Positions 1 through 10,500 of a stretch of DNA of 64,000 nt are shown here, in pieces. Numbering within the stretch: position 1 is the first letter of the stretch; each line of letters begins with the position of its first letter. The stretch is taken from the NCBI GenBank assembly GCA_049695975.1, contig JBAVTE010000009.1, positions 4,459 through 68,458 on the forward strand, given 5' to 3'. The DNA is from Minisyncoccia bacterium. Its GTDB lineage: Bacteria; Patescibacteriota; Minisyncoccia; Phycocordibacterales; GWA1-40-21. Position numbers and translations under genes: made by a program. The notes below the pieces were generated by a model, which was given only the letters and a program-made list of their open reading frames with translations, had not been told where the DNA came from and ran no database searches.

Positions 1-1
1 A

Positions 2-1543
2 GGTAAACTTCAAGAAATTTTTGGGAAAAAAGGTGACAATACAGCCGAAATGAAATCCATTCTTTCTGAAAAAGGTTTTGATTCCATGTTTGATGTTGCC
101 GTAGAAAATGAAGCTAAACAAGTAGATGCAAACTCAAGACTAATCTGGCAAGAAGAAATCAAAAAAAGAAAAGATCTTCGTAATACTCTGACTTTCACTA
201 TCGACCCAAAAACAGCAAAAGATTTCGACGACGCTATTTCATTTAATAAACTTTCTGATGACAAATTTGAAATAGGTATTCATATTGCAGATGTTTCATT
301 TTATGTGAGAGAAAATACAAAAATGGACAAAGAGGCAAGAAAAAGAGGTTTTTCCGTTTATTTGCCAGATAGAACTATTCCGATGCTTCCTTCAATACTT
401 TCAGACAATCTTTGTAGTTTAAACGAAAGTGAAGAAAAAATGGCCTATTCTGCGATATTTGAACTTGATAAAAACGGAAAGATTCTTTCTAGGTGGTTTG
501 GAAAAACAGTCATAAAATCGGCAAAAAGATTTTCCTATGAAAGTGCCCAAGATGTTTTAAACAAAAAAAGTGGCGAGCATTTTTATGAGCTTGATACTTT
601 GAATAAAATAGCAAAAAAACTTCAAGCTGAGAAAATTCAAAAAGGTGCAGTTGATTTTGAACATGAAGAAATCGAATTTGAAATGGACGGAAACGGAAAA
701 GTTTTATTTATTCACAAAAAAGTCCGTCTTGATACACACAAGCTTGTAGAAGAATATATGCTTCTAGCAAATAGAGAAGTAGCAAATTTTTTGTACAAGA
801 CAATAAAGACAAAGGGTTTTGATTTTTCTCCAATTTTCAGAATTCACGATATACCAGATAGAGAGAAGATCGCAGATCTTTCCCTTTTTGTCCACGCTCT
901 TGGTCACACCTTACCTATAAATAAAAACGGCGGGATTACTGGTAGAGATTTGCAAATACTATTTAAAAAAATAGAAGGAAAAGATGAAGAAGCACTTATC
1001 AAAACGACTGCAATCCGCTCAATGTCAAAAGCTATTTACTCAACCAAAAATATCGGCCACTTTGGACTTGCATTTGAATACTACACGCACTTCACTTCCC
1101 CTATCAGAAGATACCCAGATCTTTGCATTCATAGAATTTTAGAAAAAGTAATCAATAAAGAAAACCTAACAAAAAACGAATGGGATAATTATGAAAAAAT
1201 TGCGAGTGAAAGCAGTCAGAATGAAATTCGTGCAACTGAAGCAGAAAGAGAAGCCAAAAAATTAAAACAGATAGAATTCATATCGGCCAAAATTGGTCAA
1301 ACTTTTGACGGTATTATTACTGGCGTCACGGAATGGGGTATCTATGTAGAAGAAAAAGAAACAAAAACAGAAGGAATGGTAAAACTTTCAAGTATTGGTA
1401 ATGACTATTATGTTTTAGATAAAAAGAAGTACGCCATCATAGGACAAAAGACAAAAAATAAATTTGCTCTTGGAGACAAAGTAAAAATAAAATTAGTTAA
1501 TGCAGATACAGACAAAAAGACGGTGGATTATAAAATAATATAA
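2..1543 (+). CDS. rnr: RNase R / RNase II-family 3'-5' exoribonuclease (RNB domain plus C-terminal S1-like domain); 5'-partial at window edge
   Basis: RNB active-site signature HFGLAFEYYTHFTSPIRRYPDLCIHR; C-terminal S1-like segment GQTFDGIITGVTEWGIYVEE; frame stays open back to nt 2, so the N-terminus lies outside the window. Confidence 0.85.
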   Translation, partial: GKLQEIFGKKGDNTAEMKSILSEKGFDSMFDVAVENEAKQVDANSRLIWQEEIKKRKDLRNTLTFTIDPKTAKDFDDAISFNKLSDDKFEIGIHIADVSFYVRENTKMDKEARKRGFSVYLPDRTIPMLPSILSDNLCSLNESEEKMAYSAIFELDKNGKILSRWFGKTVIKSAKRFSYESAQDVLNKKSGEHFYELDTLNKIAKKLQAEKIQKGAVDFEHEEIEFEMDGNGKVLFIHKKVRLDTHKLVEEYMLLANREVANFLYKTIKTKGFDFSPIFRIHDIPDREKIADLSLFVHALGHTLPINKNGGITGRDLQILFKKIEGKDEEALIKTTAIRSMSKAIYSTKNIGHFGLAFEYYTHFTSPIRRYPDLCIHRILEKVINKENLTKNEWDNYEKIASESSQNEIRATEAEREAKKLKQIEFISAKIGQTFDGIITGVTEWGIYVEEKETKTEGMVKLSSIGNDYYVLDKKKYAIIGQKTKNKFALGDKVKIKLVNADTDKKTVDYKII

Positions 1544-1559
1544 AAATCATCAAAATAAA

Positions 1560-3842
1560 CTATTTTGCCACCGCAACAGCCTCGTCAAATTGAATAGAGA
1601 GAAGTTTAGATACACCGTCAGAACCCATTGTCACTCCATAGATGACGCCAGCACGAGACATTGTCTCTCTATTGTGTGTGATAAGAATAAGTTGAGAATA
1701 TTTGGCAAGGCTTTCTATCATATCTCCATATCTTCTAGAATTGGCTTCATCGAGAGCAGCATCTGTTTCATCCAAAATAATAAATGGTGGAGGATTGACC
1801 TGTGATACGGCAAAAATAAGTGCAATGGAAGTAAGAGCTCTTTCACCACCAGAAAGCATCATAAGCCCTTTGATTTTTTTCTTTGGTAAATTGACTTCAA
1901 TATCAAGCCCTTCTTTTTCTTCAATCTCTTCTTCAGCAATTTCTTCACCCCCATCTTCCGGCAAAAGTTCCACATCAGATTTACGCTTCTTTTGCTCCTT
2001 CACCACAGAAAGCGAAGCTGTTCCCCCGCCAAACATCTGACTGAAAAATTCTTGAAATTGAATATTGATTTTTTGAACACCAATTTTAAATTCTACTGTG
2101 ATTTTTTCATCAAGTTCTTTAATCAGATTTTTCAATGCTTCGGAAGATTTGAAAAGGTCTTCGAGTTCTCGTGCCAAAAATCCATCTCTTTCTGTAGTTT
2201 CTTTGTATTCCTTTACAATATCATCTCCACCAGCAACCCCAGCATCTTCAAGACGGATTTTAATCTTTTCCATCGCTCTCTTTCTTTCAAATTGGGCTTC
2301 CCTACCTTCTTTTATTATTTCATCTTGAGAAAGTGGTGTACCATCTTCCTTTATAGGCCAAAAATCCTTGAAATGTAGTGCGGATGATCCAACAAGAATT
2401 CCTGCTTCCTGAAATTCTCTTTTGAGTTCTTCCTCATCTCTTCTAAGATTTTCTTCCCTTGTTTTTAAAGCTGATAAAACATTTCTCAATTCGTTTTGTT
2501 CAGCAATAATTCTAAAAACTGCTTTTTCTGCATCTCTATTTGAATCTTTTTCTTTTTCTATTTCATTTTTTACCATCACATACTCCTCAGAAAGCTCCGC
2601 TTCTTTCTGTTTTGAAATCTTCAATGCTTCTTCGTGTGCTCTCTTTTGATTTTCTAAATTTTTAACTTCATCTTTCAAATCATTTATTGATCCATCATCT
2701 TCATTTGAATGTCTTTTTATAAAATCTGTAAATGAATCTTTCACAAAATGAAAGAATTTTTTGATTTTTGAAATATCGTCTGAATTTTCGACCTCCTTCA
2801 TTTCGAGATCTATGATTTTATACAAATTTTCTACAGAAGTCATCTCTACTTTTCTATCTTTTAATGAATTTGCTTCATCTTCTTGTTTTTTTATAATTCT
2901 TATAATGGAAAAAATTTCTCCTTCAACACGGCCAATATCTCTCATTAAACTGTCCTTTACTTGCCTCACGCCTTTCAATTTTTCTTCAATGTCAATAATC
3001 TTTCCACTTTTTTCGTCTTTTGACTCCGACTTTGCTAAAACACTTTTTGCTTTAGAAAGCTCAGCCTCCAGATTTTTCATTTTTTCTTCTGGATTTGCCC
3101 TACTATCTAAAATATTTATTTTCTCAAAATTAATGTATTCTTCCTCTCTTCTAAAATAATCATGGTACATAGAACAAAGTTTTTCTTTCATTAAAATCAA
3201 ACTTTCTATCTTTTCTACCTGCTTTTTCAAAAACTTTATATGCGGAGCAATTTCCCTCCTCAATGATTCAATCTGTTTTATATTTTCATCTGTTTTTACA
3301 AGCTTTCTAGAACTTTCTTCTTTTTTATATTGAAAAATTTTTAGACCAAGAGCATCTTCTATCATTTCTCTTCTTTCTTTTATATTTGCATTAAGAATTT
3401 TGTCCGCCTCGCCCTGAGAAATAATTTGATAGCCTGAAGCACCGATATTTGCATTTGCTAAAAGTTCAATGATATCTTTCAATCGCACTTGGCTACCGTT
3501 TATATAATATTCACTGGAAGAATCTCTGTTTACAACTCTTTCAATAACAACTTCATCAAAATCCACATTCAAAATTCTCTGTGTATTATTGAGAACAAGT
3601 TTCACTCCAGCACGATTTGCCCTTCCTGCATCTTTACCACCATTAAATATCAAATCCTCAGCTCTTTTACCTCGAAGAGATTTGATAGACTGTTCACCAA
3701 GTGCAAATCGAAATGACTCAGCAACATTTGACTTACCAGAACCGTTTGGACCAACAATAGCAGAAATAGGCGTATTAAAATTTAAAACACTTCTTTTATT
3801 GAATGATTTAAACCCAGCAATTTCAATTGATTTAAGATACAT
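1560..3842 (-). CDS. smc: SMC-family chromosome condensation ATPase, unusually compact (760 aa)
   Basis: N-terminal head FKSFNKRSVLNFNTPISAIVGPNGSGKSNV (Walker A); long K/E-rich coiled coil; C-terminal head with ABC signature LSGGERALTSIALIFAV and Walker B FIILDETDAALD; pre-head SMC motif region RLEDAGVAGGDDIVKEYKE; rnc-X-smc gene order. Confidence 0.8.
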   Translation of the reverse strand: MYLKSIEIAGFKSFNKRSVLNFNTPISAIVGPNGSGKSNVAESFRFALGEQSIKSLRGKRAEDLIFNGGKDAGRANRAGVKLVLNNTQRILNVDFDEVVIERVVNRDSSSEYYINGSQVRLKDIIELLANANIGASGYQIISQGEADKILNANIKERREMIEDALGLKIFQYKKEESSRKLVKTDENIKQIESLRREIAPHIKFLKKQVEKIESLILMKEKLCSMYHDYFRREEEYINFEKINILDSRANPEEKMKNLEAELSKAKSVLAKSESKDEKSGKIIDIEEKLKGVRQVKDSLMRDIGRVEGEIFSIIRIIKKQEDEANSLKDRKVEMTSVENLYKIIDLEMKEVENSDDISKIKKFFHFVKDSFTDFIKRHSNEDDGSINDLKDEVKNLENQKRAHEEALKISKQKEAELSEEYVMVKNEIEKEKDSNRDAEKAVFRIIAEQNELRNVLSALKTREENLRRDEEELKREFQEAGILVGSSALHFKDFWPIKEDGTPLSQDEIIKEGREAQFERKRAMEKIKIRLEDAGVAGGDDIVKEYKETTERDGFLARELEDLFKSSEALKNLIKELDEKITVEFKIGVQKINIQFQEFFSQMFGGGTASLSVVKEQKKRKSDVELLPEDGGEEIAEEEIEEKEGLDIEVNLPKKKIKGLMMLSGGERALTSIALIFAVSQVNPPPFIILDETDAALDEANSRRYGDMIESLAKYSQLILITHNRETMSRAGVIYGVTMGSDGVSKLLSIQFDEAVAVAK

Positions 3843-3851
3843 TTTTCTTCT

Positions 3852-4208
3852 TTATTCCGTTAATTCATTTATTAACTTTTCTATATCACCATCTGGAGTA
3901 TCAAGTTCCATCATATCAGGAGATGTATTAGGAATACTATCTTTTAAAATATACCAAAGTACAAAATCATTGGGTTGAAGTCCCTTTGATTTAATTTGTT
4001 CCTCCAATGTTTTAATTTTTTGATTATTAAATACATCAAATTTATTTGTCATGGTATTTGCTACTTCCCCACTATCGTCCACATCATTTAAAAGTTTTGT
4101 ATGCAAAAGATCTATCTTAAGTTTGATTTCAATAATTTTATCATTTCTTAAAATCTCTTCTGATTCTTCTTTTTGTCCTTCTATTATGTTTTGTTGATCA
4201 AAATTCAT
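3852..4208 (-). CDS. hypothetical small acidic protein inserted between rnc and smc
   Basis: 118-aa ORF, ATG start, tightly packed (8 nt from rnc stop, 10 nt from smc start); no recognisable motif. Confidence 0.4.
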   Translation of the reverse strand: MNFDQQNIIEGQKEESEEILRNDKIIEIKLKIDLLHTKLLNDVDDSGEVANTMTNKFDVFNNQKIKTLEEQIKSKGLQPNDFVLWYILKDSIPNTSPDMMELDTPDGDIEKLINELTE

Positions 4209-4215
4209 ACTTAAA

Positions 4216-4911
4216 TTATTTACCCCAACACTTTTTTACAAGCGCTGTCTTTGCTGCTTCTTGTTCTGCTTCTTGCTTTGATTTACCTGTTCCAATAGAA
4301 ATCAACTCCTTATCTAAGTATACTCCAACTGTGAAAATTTTGTCATGATCCGGTCCTTCTTCTTTTATTGTTTTATAAGACGGGGTAATGTTTTCATTTT
4401 CTTGGGAAGCCTCCTGAAAATTACTTTTTGCGTCCATCCAAGCCTTTTCTGCCACAATATTGTCTATCAGATGAAAAATATTATTAGAAATAAAATATTT
4501 GGCAATTTCATAACCTTGATCAATAAAAATTGCACCGATAAGTGCCTCTATTGTATTTGCCAAAATAATCTGTCTTGCCCTACCAGTGTCTTTTGTCTCA
4601 CCTTTTGATAATAAAAGAAAATCATTCATTTTTATTTTTGAAGCTGCACTAGACATTGTTTCTGCATTTACAAGAGCAGCACGATAAGATGTAAGATCCC
4701 CTTCATTTTCATCAATGTATTTATTATATAAATATTCAGTAACGATAAGCTCGAGTACAGCATCACCCAAAAATTCTAAGCGCTCATTATGCACAAGCTC
4801 TGAATCTTTGTGTTCATTCAAATATGACCTGTGAGTAAAGGCCTGTTTTAATAAATTTTTATTTTTAAAATTTATTCCTATTATTTCCTCAAATTCTTTA
4901 AAATTTTTCAT
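4216..4911 (-). CDS. rnc: ribonuclease III
   Basis: RNase III signature HNERLEFLGDAVLELIV; C-terminal dsRBD-like KxxAxxxAA region (KQEAEQEAAKTAL). Confidence 0.9.
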   Translation of the reverse strand: MKNFKEFEEIIGINFKNKNLLKQAFTHRSYLNEHKDSELVHNERLEFLGDAVLELIVTEYLYNKYIDENEGDLTSYRAALVNAETMSSAASKIKMNDFLLLSKGETKDTGRARQIILANTIEALIGAIFIDQGYEIAKYFISNNIFHLIDNIVAEKAWMDAKSNFQEASQENENITPSYKTIKEEGPDHDKIFTVGVYLDKELISIGTGKSKQEAEQEAAKTALVKKCWGK

Positions 4912-4919
4912 TATAATTT

Positions 4920-5831
4920 TTATTTTATTTCTACAACAGGACGACTTCCTAAAATAGAAATCGCTTTTGTAATGATTGGTAAGATATCATTATAAAAATT
5001 GAGACTTTGAATTTCTGAAAGTTTAAACCATTTTGCATCGTCCAACCCCCCACTTGAACCAAGCTTCAAATCCTGCATGTTAGAATTGGCAAGAAAATAT
5101 TTTACCTGTTTACGTATTTTACCTTCTTCTGGATGATTGGCTATATATTCATTTGATTGTAATTCATCTTCGATTATCACATCAAGTCCAAGCTCTTCTT
5201 TGATTTCCCTCAAAAGACCATCCTTTAAGGATTCATCTTTTTCAAGTCGGCCCTTTGACAAAGTCCATCTACCAAAAACATCGTGAACAAAAGCAAGATA
5301 AATATCGTTATCTTTTTTGCCATAAACAACAGCTCCAACTAAAATTTTTATTGGCATTTGTTCGTATGGCCGATCCTTATTATCTTTTTTAGTTGTTTCG
5401 TTTTTACCTGGCTCTCCAAGCTCTTTATAAATAGTACCCAAAACTCCATTTACAAATCCGCCACTCTTGTCTCCACTAAAAGTCTTGGCAATTTCTATTG
5501 ATTCATTTATTGCAACTTTTGCCGGAACTTCTTTTCTATCAGAAAAAAGAAGCTCATAAAGTCCCATTCTTAAAATATTTCTATCTACAATGGAAATTTT
5601 ATCTATTGGCCAATCAGGTGCAGCCTTGCAAATAATGTTATCAAGGTCAGATTTCTTTCCTAAAATACCAAAAAGTAAAGTAGTAGCAAAAGATAGGTCG
5701 TCGGCGCCACCACCAAATTCGATGATATTTCTTTTGAGAGACAAAAGAGAGACATCCTTAGAAAAACCCCGAAAATCACTTTCGAATGCTGTTTGAAGAA
5801 CTATTGATCTTGCAAGGTGCCTGTTTGCCAT
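4920..5831 (-). CDS. nusB: NusB antitermination domain fused to a C-terminal NUDIX hydrolase domain
   Basis: N-terminal ~140 aa match NusB (VPAKVAINESIEIAKTFSGDKSGGFVNGVLGTIYK); C-terminal ~150 aa carry a complete Nudix box GRLEKDESLKDGLLREIKEELGL (GX5EX7REUXEEXGU). Confidence 0.75.
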   Translation of the reverse strand: MANRHLARSIVLQTAFESDFRGFSKDVSLLSLKRNIIEFGGGADDLSFATTLLFGILGKKSDLDNIICKAAPDWPIDKISIVDRNILRMGLYELLFSDRKEVPAKVAINESIEIAKTFSGDKSGGFVNGVLGTIYKELGEPGKNETTKKDNKDRPYEQMPIKILVGAVVYGKKDNDIYLAFVHDVFGRWTLSKGRLEKDESLKDGLLREIKEELGLDVIIEDELQSNEYIANHPEEGKIRKQVKYFLANSNMQDLKLGSSGGLDDAKWFKLSEIQSLNFYNDILPIITKAISILGSRPVVEIK

Positions 5832-5898
5832 ATTTTTCTCGTCCGTCCGCCTATGGCGGATTAGGATAAAAATGTTAAAAAACTAAAATCAAACAAAA

Positions 5899-6150
5899 CT
5901 ATTTGACGGCTACTGCTTTATCTTCTTTTTTTGCTTTTACTACTTTTTTGCCTTTTGTTATTTTTTTAAAAGATTTAACTTCTGAAACAATAACTTCTTT
6001 TCCGTTGTATTTTCCACAATTACCACAAACCCTGTGATTGAGTCGTGCTTTTCCACAACCCGGACACTTCGTCAAAGACACACCTTTCAAGGCATGATGA
6101 GATCTTGTGCTTCCCCTCTGGGATCTATTGTGTCGCATTCTATTTACCAT
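5899..6150 (-). CDS. rpmF: 50S ribosomal protein L32 with lysine-rich C-terminal extension
   Basis: RSHHALKGVSLTKCPGCGKARLNHRVCGNCGKYNGKEVI matches the L32 zinc-ribbon core; ~25-aa K-rich tail. Confidence 0.8.
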   Translation of the reverse strand: MVNRMRHNRSQRGSTRSHHALKGVSLTKCPGCGKARLNHRVCGNCGKYNGKEVIVSEVKSFKKITKGKKVVKAKKEDKAVAVK

Positions 6151-6199
6151 AATAGAACCACTATAGCGTATTCAAGAAAAAAAAGCAACAATTTTGTAT

Positions 6200-6231
6200 A
6201 TAAAAAGACCGCCACTCGCAAGTGGCGATCT
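6200..6231 (-). terminator. Rho-independent terminator downstream of the NUDIX gene (minus strand)
   Basis: GC hairpin (CGCCACT-CGCA-AGTGGCG) followed on the minus strand by a T-run (CTTTTTATAT). Confidence 0.5.
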
Positions 6232-6248
6232 TGTCAAAAAAATAAAGA

Positions 6249-6743
6249 TCAACTCTTTATATTTGGATTAGGAAACCGTTGCAAAAGTTCTGAATAGACT
6301 GACAAAAACCTTTGATCTTTGGCCAACTCTACCAGTATCGCACCGAAGGCACCGTGCTGACCATGATAGAGTTTGTCCGCGAACTCTCGAATAGGCAACC
6401 ACCGTGCAATAATATACGAAATAGTTACATCATTACAGAAAATATTTTCCTCAAACTTAGATATTCGGTCTGGACCAAATCCGGGAATCACTCTGGTCGC
6501 CAAGTAGAAATATTGAGTAAGATTCTTAAAAATGACAACGTGAACCAAATAACTATCCACGATACGTGTTCCACCAGTTTCTTCAAAAACCTCTCGTCGC
6601 ATTGTCTCTTCAGGTGTTTCTTTACATATTGCCATACCCCCAGGCATTTTCACATTCAGAGGAAATCGAGTATCAGTAACACACAAAACCATCAAATCAG
6701 ATTTATAACTACCAAGAATAAAACAAGCAGAGAAACTTTTCAT
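6249..6743 (-). CDS. NUDIX hydrolase (stand-alone)
   Basis: Nudix box GGMAICKETPEETMRREVFEETGG. Confidence 0.7.
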   Translation of the reverse strand: MKSFSACFILGSYKSDLMVLCVTDTRFPLNVKMPGGMAICKETPEETMRREVFEETGGTRIVDSYLVHVVIFKNLTQYFYLATRVIPGFGPDRISKFEENIFCNDVTISYIIARWLPIREFADKLYHGQHGAFGAILVELAKDQRFLSVYSELLQRFPNPNIKS

Positions 6744-6860
6744 AACAAATCTCCTAAAATTCTAAATTTAATTGTCAAAAAATTTCCATCTGGAAATCTC
6801 AACTCTTATCCGTATATAATAATACACCCAAAAGTATTAAATGTTTAATATTATTTCTAA

Positions 6861-7511
6861 TTAGACCATCTTTTTCAAAAAACATTTTCTGTGCTCTTTA
6901 CAAATTCCATACTTTTTTATTTTTTCATAATGTTTTTTTGTGCCATAGCCCTTGTGAACTTCAAAACAATAATTTGGATATTTTTTTGCCAATCTACACA
7001 TTAGAGTATCTCTTGAGACTTTCGCTACAATAGATGCAAAAGCTATTACCCTTTCTTTTTCATCTCCTTTTATAATTGTCTTTTGATTTTTGTATTTATC
7101 TGGAGCTTTTAATCCCCCGTCAAGAAGTATTTGGCAGTTTTTTGGATTTAATTTTAATTTTTCTAAGGTTTTTTCCAAGGCTTTTTTAATTGCAGGAACT
7201 ATACCTATTTTATCTATTGTTCTTGAGCTTTCAAAAGAAACTGCATAGTTTACTTTTTTATTTTTCTTTAGTTCTTTTAATTTACAAAAATTTTCTTCTC
7301 TTTCTGTGAACTTTAATTTTTTTGAATCTTTTATCTTTCCAAAATTTTTTGCATTGAAATCTATAGGCATAACAAATGCACATACAGTGACTGGCCCAGC
7401 TAGAGGTCCTCTCCCCACTTCATCTATTCCTACAACAAACTTTATTACATTTTGCAACTTTTTATTTATCATTTTTTGAAGTATGATTACTAATACTATC
7501 ATTATGTCCAA
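6861..7511 (-). CDS. rnhB: ribonuclease HII
   Basis: VVGIDEVGRGPLAGPVTVCAFVM (RNase HII DEVGRG motif); the ORF-track start is TTG, the biological start is probably the ATG at 7502 or 7472. Confidence 0.85.
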   Translation of the reverse strand: MDIMIVLVIILQKMINKKLQNVIKFVVGIDEVGRGPLAGPVTVCAFVMPIDFNAKNFGKIKDSKKLKFTEREENFCKLKELKKNKKVNYAVSFESSRTIDKIGIVPAIKKALEKTLEKLKLNPKNCQILLDGGLKAPDKYKNQKTIIKGDEKERVIAFASIVAKVSRDTLMCRLAKKYPNYCFEVHKGYGTKKHYEKIKKYGICKEHRKCFLKKMV

Positions 7512-10500
7512 ATTTATTCATTTACACACGCATAGTCACTATTCTCTCCTAAATGCTTTGCCTAAAATTCCTGAGCTTATTAAACAAGCAAAAAAATTTG
7601 AAATGTCAGCTCTCGCACTCACAGACGCTGGCAATATGTATGGAGCAATTGAGTTTTATCAGTCCTGCAAAAAAAATGATGTGAAGCCGATTATCGGAGT
7701 GGACTTTTACGTAGCAAATCGAGGGAGATTCGACAAACAAGGAGGTATAGATAATCGCCGAACACGCTTAGTTCTTATCGCTAAAAATAATAATGGGTAC
7801 AAAAATCTTATCAAACTTGTTACTGATTCATACTTTGAGGGTTTCTATTATAAACCCAGAATAGATAAAGAACTTATTGAAAAATATAAAGACGATTTGA
7901 TTTGTATAATGCCACACTTTTCTGGAGAAACTTCTTTTGCTTTGAAAAACAGCGATACTGAAAAAGCTAAAAACTTGGTAGATTGGTACAAAAAAATATA
8001 TGGCGATAATTTTTTTCTTGAGATTACACATCATCCAGAAATAGAAGGTCAGATTGAATTAAAAGAAAAAATTAAAAAACTTGCAAAAGACTCTGGTGCA
8101 AACCTAGTGGCGGGACAAGATGTTTACTATCTCAATCCTGAAGATAAACAAGCCAGAGACACTCTCGTGCAAGTAAATTCCCATTCTGATTTTGGAGATA
8201 GAGAACAAAAAGAAGGGGTTGATAATTTTTCATTTATTTCTTCTGAAAAAGCCATAGAATATTTCAAAGACGAACCAGAAGCTTTGGAAAATACTGAAAA
8301 AATAGCAGAAATGTGCAATGTAGAAATTGTTTTAGGAAAAGACGCTTGGGTATTTCCAAAATTTATTGTGGAAAGCGGCCTATCAAATGATGAAGAACTA
8401 AAAAGAATAGCGTACGAAGGAATAGAAAAAAGAGGTCTGACTCGTTCAAAAGAAGTTGTGGACAGACTTGAATATGAACTTGAGGTTATAAAAAATAAAG
8501 GTTATCCCCAATATTTTCTTGTCGTTCACGACCTCTTAAAATATGCCGACGAACATGGAATTTTTACAAACATCAGAGGCTCAGTCGCAGGCTCACTTGT
8601 CACATATCTTACAAAAATTACAAAAGTTGATCCTCTTCTATACAAACTTCCGTTTGAAAGATTTCTAAATCCAGAAAGACCTTCAGCGCCAGATATTGAT
8701 ATGGACTTTGCTGATAATAGAAGAGATGAAGTTATTGATTATGTGAGATCAAAATATGGCAAAGACAATGTCGCACAAATTGGTACCTTCGGAACAATGA
8801 TGGCCAGAGGCTCTGTACGTGACGTGGCTCGCGCTATGGGTTTTCCCCTTCCACTTGCCGATAAAATAGCAAAACTTATTCCTCTCGGTGCACAAGGCTT
8901 CCCTATGACAATCGACAAAGCGCTTGTTGATGTACCAGAATTAAAAAAAATATATGATGAAGATAAAGATGCAAAAACGATTATCGATATGGCAAAAAAA
9001 ATTGAAGGATGTGCGAGACACATTTCTGTTCACGCGGCAGGAGTTGTCATTGCACCAAGTTCTCTTCTAAACTATGTTCCACTCCAATATGATCCAAAAG
9101 GCGAAGGAAAAATTATCACACAATACGATATGCATGCTGTCGGTGAAGATGGCGTAGGACTTTTGAAATTTGACTTTCTCGGAATTAAAAATCTTTCTAT
9201 CCTTGCAGATGCTGTAGACCGAGTCAAAAAAATTGAAAATATAGATTTGGATATAGAAGCAATTCCTCTTGATGATTCCAAAACTTTTGAGATGCTAGCC
9301 CGTGGTGAAACGATCGGTTTATTCCAACTCAATGGTTCAGGATTAACAAAGTTTTTGAAAGATCTAAAGCCTACCACCATTCACGATATCAATGCTATGG
9401 TTGCTCTTTACCGTCCTGGTCCTTTGGAGTCAATCCCCCAATATATTGAACGAAAACACAATCCTGCTCTTATCAAATATTTGGACCCAAGACTCAAAGA
9501 TATTTTGGACCAATCTTACGGAGTTATCACCTATCAAGACGACGTCATGCTTACGGCCATTAAACTTGCAGGATATTCATGGCTTGAAGCTGACAAACTC
9601 AGAAAAGCCATGGGAAAAAAGATCCCAGCAGAAATGCAGGCACAAAAAGATAAGCTACTTAAAGGTTTCATTGCAAATGGGCTTTCCGAAAAAAAAGCGG
9701 ACACACTTTGGAAACTTATTGAACCATTTGCAGCTTACGGTTTCAACAAGGCTCATGCTGCAAGTTATGGAAGGGTCGCATATCAAACTTCATATATGAA
9801 AGCCAACTTTCCTGCGATATATATGTCTGCAGTATTAACTGCCGACTCTGGTGATGTAGAAAAAATAGGTGAATTTATTGCCGAGTGTAAAAAAATGGGT
9901 ATCCCCGTACTTCCGCCATCTGTAAATGAAAGTTTTAGCGCATTTACTGTCGTAAAAACTCATGGAGCTAGTCCACATTCTACAGGACCTGACAGAGACA
10001 AAATTAGATTTGGACTTACAACCATTAAAAACTTTGGGGAAGGAATTTCAAAAATTATAGTTCATGATAGAAAAGCCAAAGGAAAATTTAAATCTCTCTC
10101 TGATTTTCTCGAAAGGATCATTGATAGAAACATGAACAAAAAATCTCTTGAGGCTCTTATAAAAACAGGGGCTTTGGATGAATTCGGCGAAAGGGGTCAA
10201 ATGCTCGCTAATATTGAAAATCTTTTGAAATACAACAAAGAAGTAAGTCAAAAAGATCAAAATCAAGATTCCCTTTTTGGAGTATTTGATGGATCTACTG
10301 GTGAAATTGCAAAAGAAGCTTTTATATTAGAACCTGCCCCTGAGGCCACTATGAAAGATAAACTCCTTTGGGAAAAAGATTTACTTGGACTCTATGTTTC
10401 TGGACACCCTCTTGATAAATATAAAACTATATTAGACAAGCAACAAATAAATATTAAAAAAATAAAAGAAGAAACAGAATCAGTTAAAAAAATTATTAAC

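Noticed and set aside
1590-3978. Seven plus-strand ORFs (71-132 aa; 1590..1805, 1702..2040, 1992..2378, 2098..2328, 2422..2649, 2761..3159, 3489..3716 and 3589..3978), mostly Ser/Phe/Ile-rich, inside the smc locus
   Set aside because: They are antisense to the long, well-supported smc ORF and are the low-complexity mirror of its K/E-rich coiled-coil coding sequence; no motifs.
6312-6848. 178-aa plus-strand ORF overlapping the NUDIX gene
   Set aside because: Antisense to an ORF with a clear Nudix box; no recognisable motif, composition typical of a reverse-frame artefact.
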